DNA of 64,000 bases from the NCBI GenBank assembly GCA_045863855.1, contig BTVV01000004.1, positions 62,627 through 126,626 of the forward strand, written 5' to 3'. The stretch comes from Planctomycetota bacterium. GTDB lineage: Bacteria; Planctomycetota; SZUA-567; H5-PLA8. Of the stretch, positions 37,482 to 46,814 are shown one piece after another. Below the pieces are notes generated by a model. The model had not been told where the DNA came from. It searched no databases and worked only from the letters and a program-made list of their open reading frames with translations. The position numbers were made by a program, and so were the translations under genes. Each line of letters opens with the position of its first letter. The stretch's first letter is position 1.

Positions 37482-39479
37482 TTACTTCGGAGCTTCCTCG
37501 CCCAACTCTTCGTCGCCCAACGGCGCGAACGGCTTCGACATCTTGCTGCGCAGCCGGTCGATCTGGGACTTGAAGTCTTCCTGGCGATCCACATCCACGA
37601 TCGTCGGCGTCACGAAGACCATCAGGCTTTCGCCCGATACGCCGCGCGAACGGTGCTTGAACAACCGTCCGATGATCGGTATCTCGCTCAACACCGGCAC
37701 CCGCGTTTCCGCCCGGTTATCCCGGTCGGTGCGCAGGCCGCCGATCACGCCCGTCTCGCCGTTGCGCAGCAGCATCTTGCTGACCACGATCCGCTGTACC
37801 GTGTCCGGCAACACCAGTTCTTCGCCGCTCGGCCCGCGGATCGTCTTCGGCTGGCCGCCGTCTTCGAGGATCAGGTCTTCCGTCTTGGGGATCACCGTCA
37901 TCAGAACGTTGTTTTCCGGGCCCGTCACGTGCGGGATGATCAGGAGCTGAATGCCCAGCTTGATCGGCGAACCGTTCGCTTCGCGGAAGCCCGATACGTT
38001 GCCGCCGCCTTCCGTATTCGCCACGAACGATTCCGCGTAGCGGAAGAGCGTACCCACCTGAATCGTCGCTTCTTCGTTGTCCAGCGTCATGAGCTGCGGC
38101 GCCTGAACCACGCGGCCGTTGGTCTTCGTCTTGAGCGCTTCGAAAAAGGCGCTGGTCGAACCGAAGCCCATCGAGCCGAGCACGATTGCACCTAAATTGG
38201 AAATGGCATAACCCGCATTGCCAGCAATAGTGTCACCGCCCGTGCCGGTAGCTTTTCGCAAGCTGAAAATGTCGTTGATGGACACGGCCGTGTTAGTTGT
38301 TTGATCAACAACTACCCGGGAACCTTGGCCTACAGCCAAATCCCCCAGGAGAGAGCGCGAAAGCCCGCTCTTCACATCGAAGGGAAACGCCGACGGCCAG
38401 CTCGACAGCGGCTGTACCTGGAACTGCAAGCCCGACGACCACTGCACACCCAGGCGTTCCTGGTCGTCGTCGTTGATCGCCACGATCTTCACGCCGACAT
38501 GGATCTGCTTAGGCGCCACATCCAGCTTGTTGATCACCGCCTGCATCGAGTCCAGCGAATTGGGCGTGTCCTGCACGATCATCGCGTTCGAGCGCTTCAC
38601 GAAGGAAATCTTGCCTTCGGTCGATTTCATCTGCGCCAGCAAGTCGATCAGCGTCGAGCCGAAAGCTTGCGTCGAAGCCTCGCCGCCTTCGCGCCGAGCG
38701 AAGTCGGTATTGAGCGTCGCCGTGTACTTCGCGCCTTCCGGCGTCAGGTAGGCCAAGCGGAAAATGCGGTGATCGAGCTGCGTTTTGAGCTTATCGCGCG
38801 TCGTGATGCGGATCGTGTCGTTGACTTCCTGGACCACCACGAAGTCCAGCGTCTTGACCACGATGTTCAGCGCGTCCTGCCACGGTACGTTCTCCAGCCG
38901 CATCGAGATCTCGCCGTTGATCTCGGGACCGACGACAATGTTCGCATTGGCCTGAATCGCGATGGTGCTGATCACGTCGCGGATGTCCGCGCGGTTGAAG
39001 ACCATCGAAACGCGTTCGGGAATCGAGATCGTGATCAAGCGCTGGTTGAGCTGCGAGTCATCCACCTGCAGGGAGTACTTCTTGGCGATGTAATCCAGCA
39101 CCGTGCGGTAGGTGACGTTGTCCAAATCCACCGTTACGGGAAGGCGTTCGGCTTCCTCGGTCAACGCGCGTACATTCAGCCCGCTCACCGCGCTCAAGTA
39201 GTCCAGCACCACCTTCAACGGCCTGTCGCGCACATGCAGCGAAATCAAGCCCTCGCCGGCAGTCTGCCCTACCGAATCGGACTTCTTCTCGTCGAAGAGC
39301 CGCTCGACGCGAATACTCTTGGGCGCTTGTTCGCCCTCTCCGCCGTCCTGCGCAGGAAGAGGGCTGACCCAGGCCCACGCCAACAGCGCCAGAATACCCA
39401 TGCCGCGTACGACCCCGGCCTGCGGGCGGGACGCGCGGACATCTCGATTCGGCTCACCTACGGCGTGCGTGTTCAACAC
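37482..39479 (-). CDS. pilQ: Type IV pilus / type II secretion secretin
   Basis: N0-type domains (ISMRLENVPWQDAL), N3 SNAMIVQDTP, secretin APQLMTLDNEEATIQVG, GETGVIGGL, RVPVLSEIPIIGRLF, VFVTPTIV. GTG start with GAGGAGG SD; ORF track extends to 39566. Confidence 0.93.
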   Translation of the reverse strand: MLNTHAVGEPNRDVRASRPQAGVVRGMGILALLAWAWVSPLPAQDGGEGEQAPKSIRVERLFDEKKSDSVGQTAGEGLISLHVRDRPLKVVLDYLSAVSGLNVRALTEEAERLPVTVDLDNVTYRTVLDYIAKKYSLQVDDSQLNQRLITISIPERVSMVFNRADIRDVISTIAIQANANIVVGPEINGEISMRLENVPWQDALNIVVKTLDFVVVQEVNDTIRITTRDKLKTQLDHRIFRLAYLTPEGAKYTATLNTDFARREGGEASTQAFGSTLIDLLAQMKSTEGKISFVKRSNAMIVQDTPNSLDSMQAVINKLDVAPKQIHVGVKIVAINDDDQERLGVQWSSGLQFQVQPLSSWPSAFPFDVKSGLSRSLLGDLAVGQGSRVVVDQTTNTAVSINDIFSLRKATGTGGDTIAGNAGYAISNLGAIVLGSMGFGSTSAFFEALKTKTNGRVVQAPQLMTLDNEEATIQVGTLFRYAESFVANTEGGGNVSGFREANGSPIKLGIQLLIIPHVTGPENNVLMTVIPKTEDLILEDGGQPKTIRGPSGEELVLPDTVQRIVVSKMLLRNGETGVIGGLRTDRDNRAETRVPVLSEIPIIGRLFKHRSRGVSGESLMVFVTPTIVDVDRQEDFKSQIDRLRSKMSKPFAPLGDEELGEEAPK

Positions 39480-39704
39480 CCCCTCCTCCTCATACTCAAG
39501 GGCCTGCCTGCCGGTAGGGCGCTGTGGGGGGATGCGCCCTTCACAACCTTTGGAACGCGCAATCATGCGCGCACCTTTACCGGCCTGTTAAGGCTGTCCA
39601 AATCCTGGCGCAGCCTAGCCTTTCCACGGAAAGCGGTAATCCTTATAGCACGCTTTCTCGACTTGTCATCTAGCTACTTCACGCAACCCCAAGCAGGTTC
39701 GGAA

Positions 39705-40400
39705 CTACTGAGCCACATCCAACTTCATCCGGAACCCGCGGAATCTCACAATTACTTTACCCGGAAGGATTTGATCCACAATCACCACGCTCGATTCGTC
39801 CCCCGTCTCGACCAGGTCGCCACGGCCCACCACGTGGCTGTTCACGATCGCGCGCGAACTCCTATCCTTAGCCACCACACCGGTTACCGTGATATTCAGG
39901 TTCTTGAACGCGACCTCCGCCTCTTCGCGGTTAAAGAGCCGCTCCGCCGCAAGGCGCAACCGGAAAAGCTTCTCCTGCAGTTCTTGCAGTTCCGGCCATT
40001 CCGTCAGGGGCACCTTGGCTTTGTTGATCGCTTCCAATCCCTGGTCGGCCAAAGCCATGGCGTTGCGGGAATTGGCGCTCATCAAGGCTTGCTCGGCCTG
40101 ATCGAAGCTCCGCTTGGCCGCTTCGCGGATCTTGTTCAACTCGTTCGCATCGGCTACGCCCGGCGTCTCCCCCGGCGTCGGCACCGGCTTGACCACCGTA
40201 TCGACCTTGGCGAAGGTGAAGGGATCCCGGCGACCCTTGATATCGAACTTGAACTGCTCTTCCTTTATCGACGAGGGAATGGCCTCGGTCGGATCGACAT
40301 CCTGCGCATTCACGCCGGTGCATAACGCCAGCATCCCGGCAGCCAGCCAGCATCCTGCACGTGCCCAGTTCAACGTTACGCCCATCCGATGCTTCCCCAT
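39705..40400 (-). CDS. PilP-like assembly protein
   Basis: Lies between pilO and pilQ; signal peptide, GRRDPF motif, C-terminal ITVTGVV..SRAIVN...GD. Confidence 0.7.
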   Translation of the reverse strand: MGKHRMGVTLNWARAGCWLAAGMLALCTGVNAQDVDPTEAIPSSIKEEQFKFDIKGRRDPFTFAKVDTVVKPVPTPGETPGVADANELNKIREAAKRSFDQAEQALMSANSRNAMALADQGLEAINKAKVPLTEWPELQELQEKLFRLRLAAERLFNREEAEVAFKNLNITVTGVVAKDRSSRAIVNSHVVGRGDLVETGDESSVVIVDQILPGKVIVRFRGFRMKLDVAQ

Positions 40401-40425
40401 GCGAACGGCTCCGTCCCAAGCGCCC

Positions 40426-41016
40426 TTACTGGCCCGGCGTCGGGATGTAATAGTACGTCACGACATCGAAGCTCACGTTATGCTTGGCGCCGGTGATGTT
40501 CATCCCGCCGGCGTTCGCATTGATGCTCAAATTCTCGATCTGAATGAAACGCGGGTAGAACTCTTCGAAGTAGTTGATGAACTCGCAGATCGATTTGAAA
40601 TCCGCCTCGTAGTTGGTGCTGTACACGTCTTTCTTGAAGTTCTGCGGATTCAAGCCCGGCACGCTGACCGGCACGTCGTAGCGCGGCACGTAGCCCAAGT
40701 ACCGAATCCCCTTTTGTTCGGCCAGTTGCACCAAGTCGGTAAAGAAGCGGTCGCGTTCGTGCGTCTTCGGCAGACGGTTCTCGAGTTCTTCCTTCTGCTG
40801 GCTCAAGCGCTTCAGTTCGGACACCAAGTCGGTCTTCTTGTTCGCTTCGACCTTGAGGCCGTCCACTTCCTTGACCAGATTCTTGCGCTCGTTCTCTTTC
40901 TTGGTCCAATCGCCGTGAGCCTTGTAAACAAGGCCCCACACGCCGGCGTTGATAACGACGGCAACGCCGATCGTGATCAGCAGGCGCGTCCGTTCGGACC
41001 AGTCGGACATGGCCAT
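40426..41016 (-). CDS. pilO: Type IV pilus assembly protein PilO
   Basis: N-terminal TM, coiled coil, RLP, F..FINYFE..PRFIQIENLSI; synteny. Confidence 0.85.
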   Translation of the reverse strand: MAMSDWSERTRLLITIGVAVVINAGVWGLVYKAHGDWTKKENERKNLVKEVDGLKVEANKKTDLVSELKRLSQQKEELENRLPKTHERDRFFTDLVQLAEQKGIRYLGYVPRYDVPVSVPGLNPQNFKKDVYSTNYEADFKSICEFINYFEEFYPRFIQIENLSINANAGGMNITGAKHNVSFDVVTYYYIPTPGQ

Positions 41017-41078
41017 GCGGCATCAACCTCCGGAGCGCGGCGCGCGAACCGACGCGCGGGCGCGTGCCCAATCTGAGT

Positions 41079-41852
41079 CTACCGGCCGGCGCCTTGCGGC
41101 GGCGGCAGGGCAAAACCCATCGAGAAACTGAAGTTCAATCCGCGCGGAGGCACCACCACCGTCTCGGCCGCCACCGCCAATCGAGGCATCGGAACCGGCT
41201 GCAACGAAAGCGCGACCGGTTCGTAGTAGCGCATGCGCAAAAACTCGTTGTACCCCGGCGGAAGCTTGCGGCTCCCCACCTGGGTCGCCTCCGGACCGGC
41301 CGCCTGCTGCGCGGCCAACTGCTTCGATAACTCGTCGGGATCCGGAACCCGGAAGGTCTTCTTCAGACTCGTGTAAAACTCGCGGTGCCGATTCGCGCAT
41401 TCCTGGTCGCTTTCGCCCGCGGCCAGTCCCGTGAAATTCATGCGGTAGCGCGGACCTTCCGGTATGCCGAACTGCGGCGCGGCATCGGGCGCGAAGCTGA
41501 CCTGCCGGATCGTCACGTTGCTGGGCACCGACTGCGAGAACGTATCCAGCAGCCGCGCCCAAAGAATGCGGCTGTTGCGCAGATTCTCCAGCCCCGCCAC
41601 CTTCTCTTTGATCGAAGCGATCTCGCCTTCAAGCTTCTTGACCTCTTCCACCTGAGCCAGGAGCGTCTGCTTGTCCTTCTTCAGCTGGTCGATCTGCTGG
41701 TTGGCTTTGGGAATCTCGACGAAGTAGTAGTTGGAGACGAAGACGCCGCCGATCACCGCCAGCACGACGCCCACGATAATGCCCATCAGGCGCGGCAACG
41801 GCGTGCCTTCGGACTGCCGGAGTTCCGGCGGGAGCAGGTTGATTTCTATCAT
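41079..41852 (-). CDS. pilN: Type IV pilus assembly protein PilN
   Basis: MIEINLLP (PilM-binding motif), TM segment and coiled coil. Confidence 0.9.
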   Translation of the reverse strand: MIEINLLPPELRQSEGTPLPRLMGIIVGVVLAVIGGVFVSNYYFVEIPKANQQIDQLKKDKQTLLAQVEEVKKLEGEIASIKEKVAGLENLRNSRILWARLLDTFSQSVPSNVTIRQVSFAPDAAPQFGIPEGPRYRMNFTGLAAGESDQECANRHREFYTSLKKTFRVPDPDELSKQLAAQQAAGPEATQVGSRKLPPGYNEFLRMRYYEPVALSLQPVPMPRLAVAAETVVVPPRGLNFSFSMGFALPPPQGAGR

Positions 41853-41873
41853 GCGTGCGTTCCGGCCCCGGCG

Positions 41874-42905
41874 CTACAAACTGCGCAGTCGGCTGGCCAG
41901 CCCCATGGCTACGGCCAGGTTCGAATGCGATCCGCCCAATGCAAGGGTCTCGCCACCCGCGATCTGCAGGCCTTCCGTCGGGTCCCACAGATGTGTGGGC
42001 ATCCCAAAAACCTGCGTCAGCATCGTGTCCACCCCCGGGAAGTAAACCGAACCCCCGGAAATGAAGACCTCTTTGACCTGCTGTTCGTACTGGTTCTCGT
42101 AGTAGTCGAAGCTCAGCCGTATTTCGCTGCCGATGTCCTCGAGCACCGGGAGCATCGCGTCCTGCATACTCTCCAGCGCCCCGCCCGGATCGAGCTTCAT
42201 CTTCTCTACGTCTCGCGGATCTTCGCCGAAGCGCTTGGCCACCGCTTCGGTCAAATCGTTCCCCGCAACGTAAATCTCGCGCTGAAAAAAGCTCGTGTTG
42301 CCGCGCATGATGTTGATGTTCGTCTTGCTCGCACCGATATCGACCAACGTACGAACCTCCTGGTCATCGATGCCCAGCGCCAAGTTGCGCAACTCGAACG
42401 CATTGCCCAGCGCAAAGACGTCCACATCGATCGCCAGCGGCGAAAGCCCTACCGAATGAAGCAGCGCTACGTGCTCTTCCACCATCGCCCGCTTCACCGC
42501 CACCAGCAGCACGCGCATCTGGCCTTCGCCGGTCGCCTGAGCGCCCGCGCCGTTGGGCAACCGCTGCGCATCCAACTGCACCTCGGCCACGTCGAACGGT
42601 ATGTACTTATCCGCCTCGTATTCCACCGCCTGGCGCAACTCGCTGTCCGGCATCGAAACCATCGGCACCTGCCGGATAATCACGCTGCGCCCCGATACCG
42701 CCGAAACGCAACGCCGCGTGCGAATGCCCGCCTCGCGCAGCGCTTCTTGAATCGCATCGCCGGCGGCCTCGGGAGCTTCCAACGTCGCCGTGCCCACACC
42801 CGTAACCGACAGGCTCTGGCCCGAACGGGTCAGTTCCACGGCCTTCACGCTCGATGAGCCCACGTCCAGGCCCACCAAGCTCTTGCGCCGGCCAAACAGG
42901 CCCAC
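41874..42905 (-). CDS. pilM: Type IV pilus assembly protein PilM
   Basis: VGLDVGSSSVKAVEL, EADKYIPF, LVDIGAS, ISGGS, AVAMGLA; GTG start with AAGGA SD. Confidence 0.93.
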   Translation of the reverse strand: MGLFGRRKSLVGLDVGSSSVKAVELTRSGQSLSVTGVGTATLEAPEAAGDAIQEALREAGIRTRRCVSAVSGRSVIIRQVPMVSMPDSELRQAVEYEADKYIPFDVAEVQLDAQRLPNGAGAQATGEGQMRVLLVAVKRAMVEEHVALLHSVGLSPLAIDVDVFALGNAFELRNLALGIDDQEVRTLVDIGASKTNINIMRGNTSFFQREIYVAGNDLTEAVAKRFGEDPRDVEKMKLDPGGALESMQDAMLPVLEDIGSEIRLSFDYYENQYEQQVKEVFISGGSVYFPGVDTMLTQVFGMPTHLWDPTEGLQIAGGETLALGGSHSNLAVAMGLASRLRSL

Positions 42906-43292
42906 GTTCCTTCTCCCCCCAAGGACGGCAGACGGCTTTGAGTCGTACGAAGCCCTGAAGGCGTAGCCTTCACAAGGACTTTCGTCAAGACCCAAAACTT
43001 TCCGGTCCAGGCAAAAGGTCCGAACCTAACCCGCCACATTCGCCATCGGCTGTTTCGCCATTATAGTTGAGCGCATGCCCTTATGAAAAGAGGCAACCCC
43101 GCACTTTGCGCACCTACTTTGACTTAACAACCTCCGAATTATGGCCTTATTCGGTTTACTATGCGCACTTCCCCATGGCAGCCTCAGTTGGTGCATACAG
43201 ATCGAAAAGAGATTGGCCGAATCGAGGCAAAAGAAAACGCGGCTGCGTTTACCGCAGCCGCGCTCTTCCGCCCCATCAAAATGGCATGCGCA

Positions 43293-43886
43293 CTAATCGA
43301 CGTGCACAAAATTCTCGCTGTCCGGGTTGGTGTGCATCTGAATCAAAAGGTCGCTGGTGCCCGTATCCTTCTGATAAATCGTCCCGCGGTCGTCGATGTA
43401 GAACGAATTACGCCCTGAAAGGTTGTACTGAGCCGGCGCCGCGTACACCGCAAAACGAATCGTGCTATCCAGGTTCACGTAGTTGGTGCCGTCGGTGGTC
43501 GTCTGGATCACATCCACATAGAAATAGCCATTCGCCGGCGCCGGATCGCCCATGCTCCCCGCGTAGGCGATATTGGCCCGCGCGAGCGAGAGCTCCACCA
43601 AATTCATGTTGTCGACTTCCTGCATCATCCAGTACCGCGGCGCATACTCCTGCACGCCACGCTTATCCGTCAACCCTAAGGCCGTGTAATCGAATTGGTG
43701 ATCCTGCCGCCGGAAGATCTGTTGGTTGGTGGCGATCGCCTTTAGACCGCCGATGCAGGCCACCTCGTTGGCCGTCATCCGAGCGCGCAACAGGCTGGGA
43801 ATGGCAATGGATGCGATAATCGAGATCAACGTGATTACGATCATCAATTCGATCAGCGTAAACCCACCTGCCGCTCGACGCCTCAT
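43293..43886 (-). CDS. Type IV prepilin-like protein
   Basis: Class III signal G|FTLIELMIVITLISIIASIAIPSL; GYFY and YAAPAQY..SGRNSFYIDDRGTIYQKD (DUF2950-like tail). Confidence 0.92.
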   Translation of the reverse strand: MRRRAAGGFTLIELMIVITLISIIASIAIPSLLRARMTANEVACIGGLKAIATNQQIFRRQDHQFDYTALGLTDKRGVQEYAPRYWMMQEVDNMNLVELSLARANIAYAGSMGDPAPANGYFYVDVIQTTTDGTNYVNLDSTIRFAVYAAPAQYNLSGRNSFYIDDRGTIYQKDTGTSDLLIQMHTNPDSENFVHVD

Positions 43887-44014
43887 GACGCATCCCCCGC
43901 CATTCACTTGGACCTGCCACCAAGCCTTATTATGCCTCAAATGAGGCCACAATCAAGCCCCAATGTGCATTTTATAAAGTCATTAAATTAAAGGCCTTGC
44001 GAGAATGACCCTAC

Positions 44015-45697
44015 TCAGTCGTAGGCCTGAGAGGCCGTCCCGGTCGAGTACCTGGGCCCCGCATTGCGCATCAACCTCATCAGCAGGATCGCGACGAAGA
44101 TCAGCGAGGTCGCGCATGCAACCACCCAATGCGTGAAAATACGAACCACGCCGGAGATATCGTCGCTGTCGAAAGCCGGCTTGGGCCGGTTGCGAAGCTG
44201 AAGGTTACGCATGTCCGCCGGGAGATCGGAGAACTTGATTTCGGGGCGTTCCGGGACACTGGGGGGCGGTGTGGTTCGTTCGATGATCGTATGCCCTTGG
44301 ACCATCCGCAAGCCCAACAAACCGCCGCAGGCCAAGACCGTAGCCAGTAAGCAGGCGCCCACGACCTGTCCGCGGCCCGCGTAAGGCCGGATCGCTTTCA
44401 CGCCGCTCCAGATACCCGCGCCGGCCACCAACCCAATGCCCAAGCCTTCTGCGATTACCCACCAGTATTTGTACCCGGTGGTATTCGCAAAGCCGCAGGC
44501 CACGGCCACGACCAGCGCGCCCAAAATGCCCAGCAACAGGCTCTTGGACCAATGCTTACGGTTCTCGACGGGCGACAGCGCGGCCGGAAGGCCGATCTGC
44601 GTGCGGCGCTGCACGGCCGCCGGCGCGCCCGGTTCGGCCTGGACCGGCGCCGGACCGGCGGATTGGATCGAGCGCGTCGTCAGGCCCATCGTGCCCAGGA
44701 TGCGCGCGGCCAGACCCAGCGAAACCGTCATCTCGGAATTACTGCTGCTCATCGCCCCGCCGAAGCTGCCTACTTCCAGGCCTTCGATCGGATCCCACAG
44801 CCGTGTCGGCAGACCGAAAACCTGGCTCAGCATCGTGTCCATGCCGGGGAAGATTACCGATCCGCCGGACAAGTAGACTTCCTTTACCGGGGTGTCGTAC
44901 TGGTTTTCGAAGTAATCGAACGAGAGGCGGATTTCGCTGCCGATATCCTCAAGCACGGGGAGCATCGCGTCCTGCATGCTCTCCAGCGCGCCACCCGGAT
45001 CGAGCTTCATCTTTTCGACGTCGCGCGGATCTTCGCCGAAGCGCTTGGCCACGGCTTCCGTAAGGTCGTTGCCCGCCACGTAGATTTCGCGCTGAAAGAA
45101 GCTCGTGTTCCCGCGCATGATATTGATGTTGGTTTTGCTCGCGCCGATGTCCACCAGCGCGCGGACTTCCTGATCGTCGATGCCCAGCGAAAGGTTGCGC
45201 AGTTCGAACGCGTTACCCAGCGCGAAGCAGTCGACGTCGATGATGACCGGCGTCAGGCCCACCGACTGCAAAAGCGCGATGTGCTCGTCGATGAGTTGCT
45301 TTTTCACGGCCACCAACAGCACCTTCATTTGCCCGCCTTCGGCGGTTCCGTCTTCCAGGCGCTGGGCGTCGATGGCGACTTCGTTGACGTCGAAGGGGAT
45401 GTATTTGTCGGCTTCGTACTCGATGGCTTGGCGCAGTTCGCTGTCGGGAACCTGTACCATCGGCACTTGGCGGATGATTACGCTGCGGCCCGATACGGCC
45501 GTCACGCAACGCTTAGCGCGGATCCCGGTCTCGCGCAGCAACTGCTGAATCGCCTCGCCCACCGCCTCGGGCGATTCGATTGCAGCCGTGCCCATGCCCG
45601 TGACCACCAGGCGTTGGCCCACGCGCGTCAACTCGACCGCTTTCACGGACGAGGAGCCGATATCCAGACCCACAAGACTACGCTGACGACCAAACAC
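44015..45697 (-). CDS. pilM: PilM paralogue with C-terminal four-TM extension
   Basis: Complete PilM domain with an 82-aa stretch identical to the other copy, then a Pro/Ala linker and four hydrophobic segments. Confidence 0.88.
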   Translation of the reverse strand: MFGRQRSLVGLDIGSSSVKAVELTRVGQRLVVTGMGTAAIESPEAVGEAIQQLLRETGIRAKRCVTAVSGRSVIIRQVPMVQVPDSELRQAIEYEADKYIPFDVNEVAIDAQRLEDGTAEGGQMKVLLVAVKKQLIDEHIALLQSVGLTPVIIDVDCFALGNAFELRNLSLGIDDQEVRALVDIGASKTNINIMRGNTSFFQREIYVAGNDLTEAVAKRFGEDPRDVEKMKLDPGGALESMQDAMLPVLEDIGSEIRLSFDYFENQYDTPVKEVYLSGGSVIFPGMDTMLSQVFGLPTRLWDPIEGLEVGSFGGAMSSSNSEMTVSLGLAARILGTMGLTTRSIQSAGPAPVQAEPGAPAAVQRRTQIGLPAALSPVENRKHWSKSLLLGILGALVVAVACGFANTTGYKYWWVIAEGLGIGLVAGAGIWSGVKAIRPYAGRGQVVGACLLATVLACGGLLGLRMVQGHTIIERTTPPPSVPERPEIKFSDLPADMRNLQLRNRPKPAFDSDDISGVVRIFTHWVVACATSLIFVAILLMRLMRNAGPRYSTGTASQAYD

Positions 45698-45750
45698 CCT
45701 GGTGCGACCTCCAGGCCTCAGCCACGTGCATAGCGCGGTTCACTCGCCAT

Positions 45751-45766
45751 TATGACATGTTTCACA
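45751..45766. promoter_or_regulatory. CRP/FNR-like dyad overlapping a candidate extended -10 upstream of pilM2
   Basis: TATGA-CATGTT-TCACA (9/10 match to TGTGA-N6-TCACA); minus strand also reads TGtCATAAT. Confidence 0.35.
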
Positions 45767-45884
45767 AGCGTCGACTGCATAATTCCAGTGAGAAGGTTAC
45801 CAACGGAAGTGCACGTGCAGGATGGGCCAGGTCACTCGTGATGTCGACCATTGGGATGCAAAATCCACCCACCTCTATCCCCAT

Positions 45885-46109
45885 CTAAGGTTTGGCTTGC
45901 AGCCGTTGCGTCACCTCTCCAGGCTTTGGAAAGCGCCCTTCGCGGTGCTTCGAGAAAACCAGTTTGCCATCCACCGTGACGTCAAAGATGCCGCCTTTAC
46001 TTTCTTCTAGTTCAGAGCTCGCCCCGAAATTCGACTTAATCTCCGCCGCCAAACTGACGGCGTTAGGCTTGTAATCTCACATGCCGCAATACTTAATGTG
46101 AACTTTCAT
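45885..46109 (-). CDS. SelW/SelT/SelH (Rdx-family) selenoprotein, CxxU motif, TGA=Sec at codon 11
   Basis: Hand translation: MKVHIKYCGMUDYKPNAVSLAAEIKSNFGASSELEESKGGIFDVTVDGKLVFSKHREGRFPKPGEVTQRLQAKP. In-frame TGA at 46077-46079. Rdx hallmarks GxFxVxVDG..FSK...RFP. Confidence 0.93.
46044..46062 (-). promoter_or_regulatory. Candidate bacterial SECIS hairpin
   Basis: Begins 14 nt after the UGA: CGCCGUCA-GUU-UGGCGGCG, with G in the apical loop. Confidence 0.75.
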
Positions 46110-46183
46110 GACCGGGAAGGTTCCTTACTCTCGGTTCGGTGCACGGACCTCGAAAAAGAATGCGCCATGCGCACCTATTACTT

Positions 46184-46699
46184 TTACTCCCGATACGGCT
46201 GGATCGCAAATCCACCTTTGCGATCAATCCGAACGTAGTAAAGCTCGTCGTAGCCTTCTTCCCAAGTCGGTCGTTCAAGCTTTTTGATGGTAGATCGTAT
46301 CGCAACCTCGGGCACGCGCTCCGCCGCAGAACGTTCGGCGTTTCGAGCGATGCAGTCTTTTAGGTCACTGGCTAAATAATATCCTACGACACGGTAGCCG
46401 CTGGCTTTGGCCGGCTCGATGTAGCGCGCCCGATCCGCACGCGTAGGGTTGGTGTTGTCGACCACGATCGTGCGGCTTGCGGCAAACGCTTCGCCCAGGA
46501 GTTTGGCTTCCTTCTCGCGCGCTTCCTTACCCGTGCCGATTTCGTCCAGACTGATCAACGCATGCGGAAACGAAAAGGCGTTCCGGCGGAAAGTGGTCTT
46601 ACCGGCCGCCTGGATGCCCATGAGCAGGATCAGGCCGAGAGAAGAAGGGCGGGCAGTCATCTGGTCCATTGGGTTATGCGATGACCCGTGCGCCGTCAA
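46184..46699 (-). CDS. AAA_33-family P-loop kinase (polynucleotide-kinase-like)
   Basis: GIQAAGKTT, ISLDEI, VVDNTNPTRADRARY, CIARNAER, PTWEEGYD. True start probably ATG 46660 or 46669. Confidence 0.85.
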   Translation of the reverse strand: MTAHGSSHNPMDQMTARPSSLGLILLMGIQAAGKTTFRRNAFSFPHALISLDEIGTGKEAREKEAKLLGEAFAASRTIVVDNTNPTRADRARYIEPAKASGYRVVGYYLASDLKDCIARNAERSAAERVPEVAIRSTIKKLERPTWEEGYDELYYVRIDRKGGFAIQPYRE

Positions 46700-46814
46700 C
46701 CCGCATCGAGAATCCCCTTGCTGCCGCCCGGAGCCGCCGATAAGGTGCCGGAATTACGAACGCATGAGCGTCAATGCGCACTCTTGCGAACAGGCGGCGA
46801 GCGTCCCGAATCCC

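Noticed and set aside
41874..45697. pilM duplication as an assembly artefact
   Set aside because: Many synonymous and amino-acid differences between the copies.
45822..46074. Short plus-strand ORFs at 45822 and 45892
   Set aside because: They are antisense to the selenoprotein gene.
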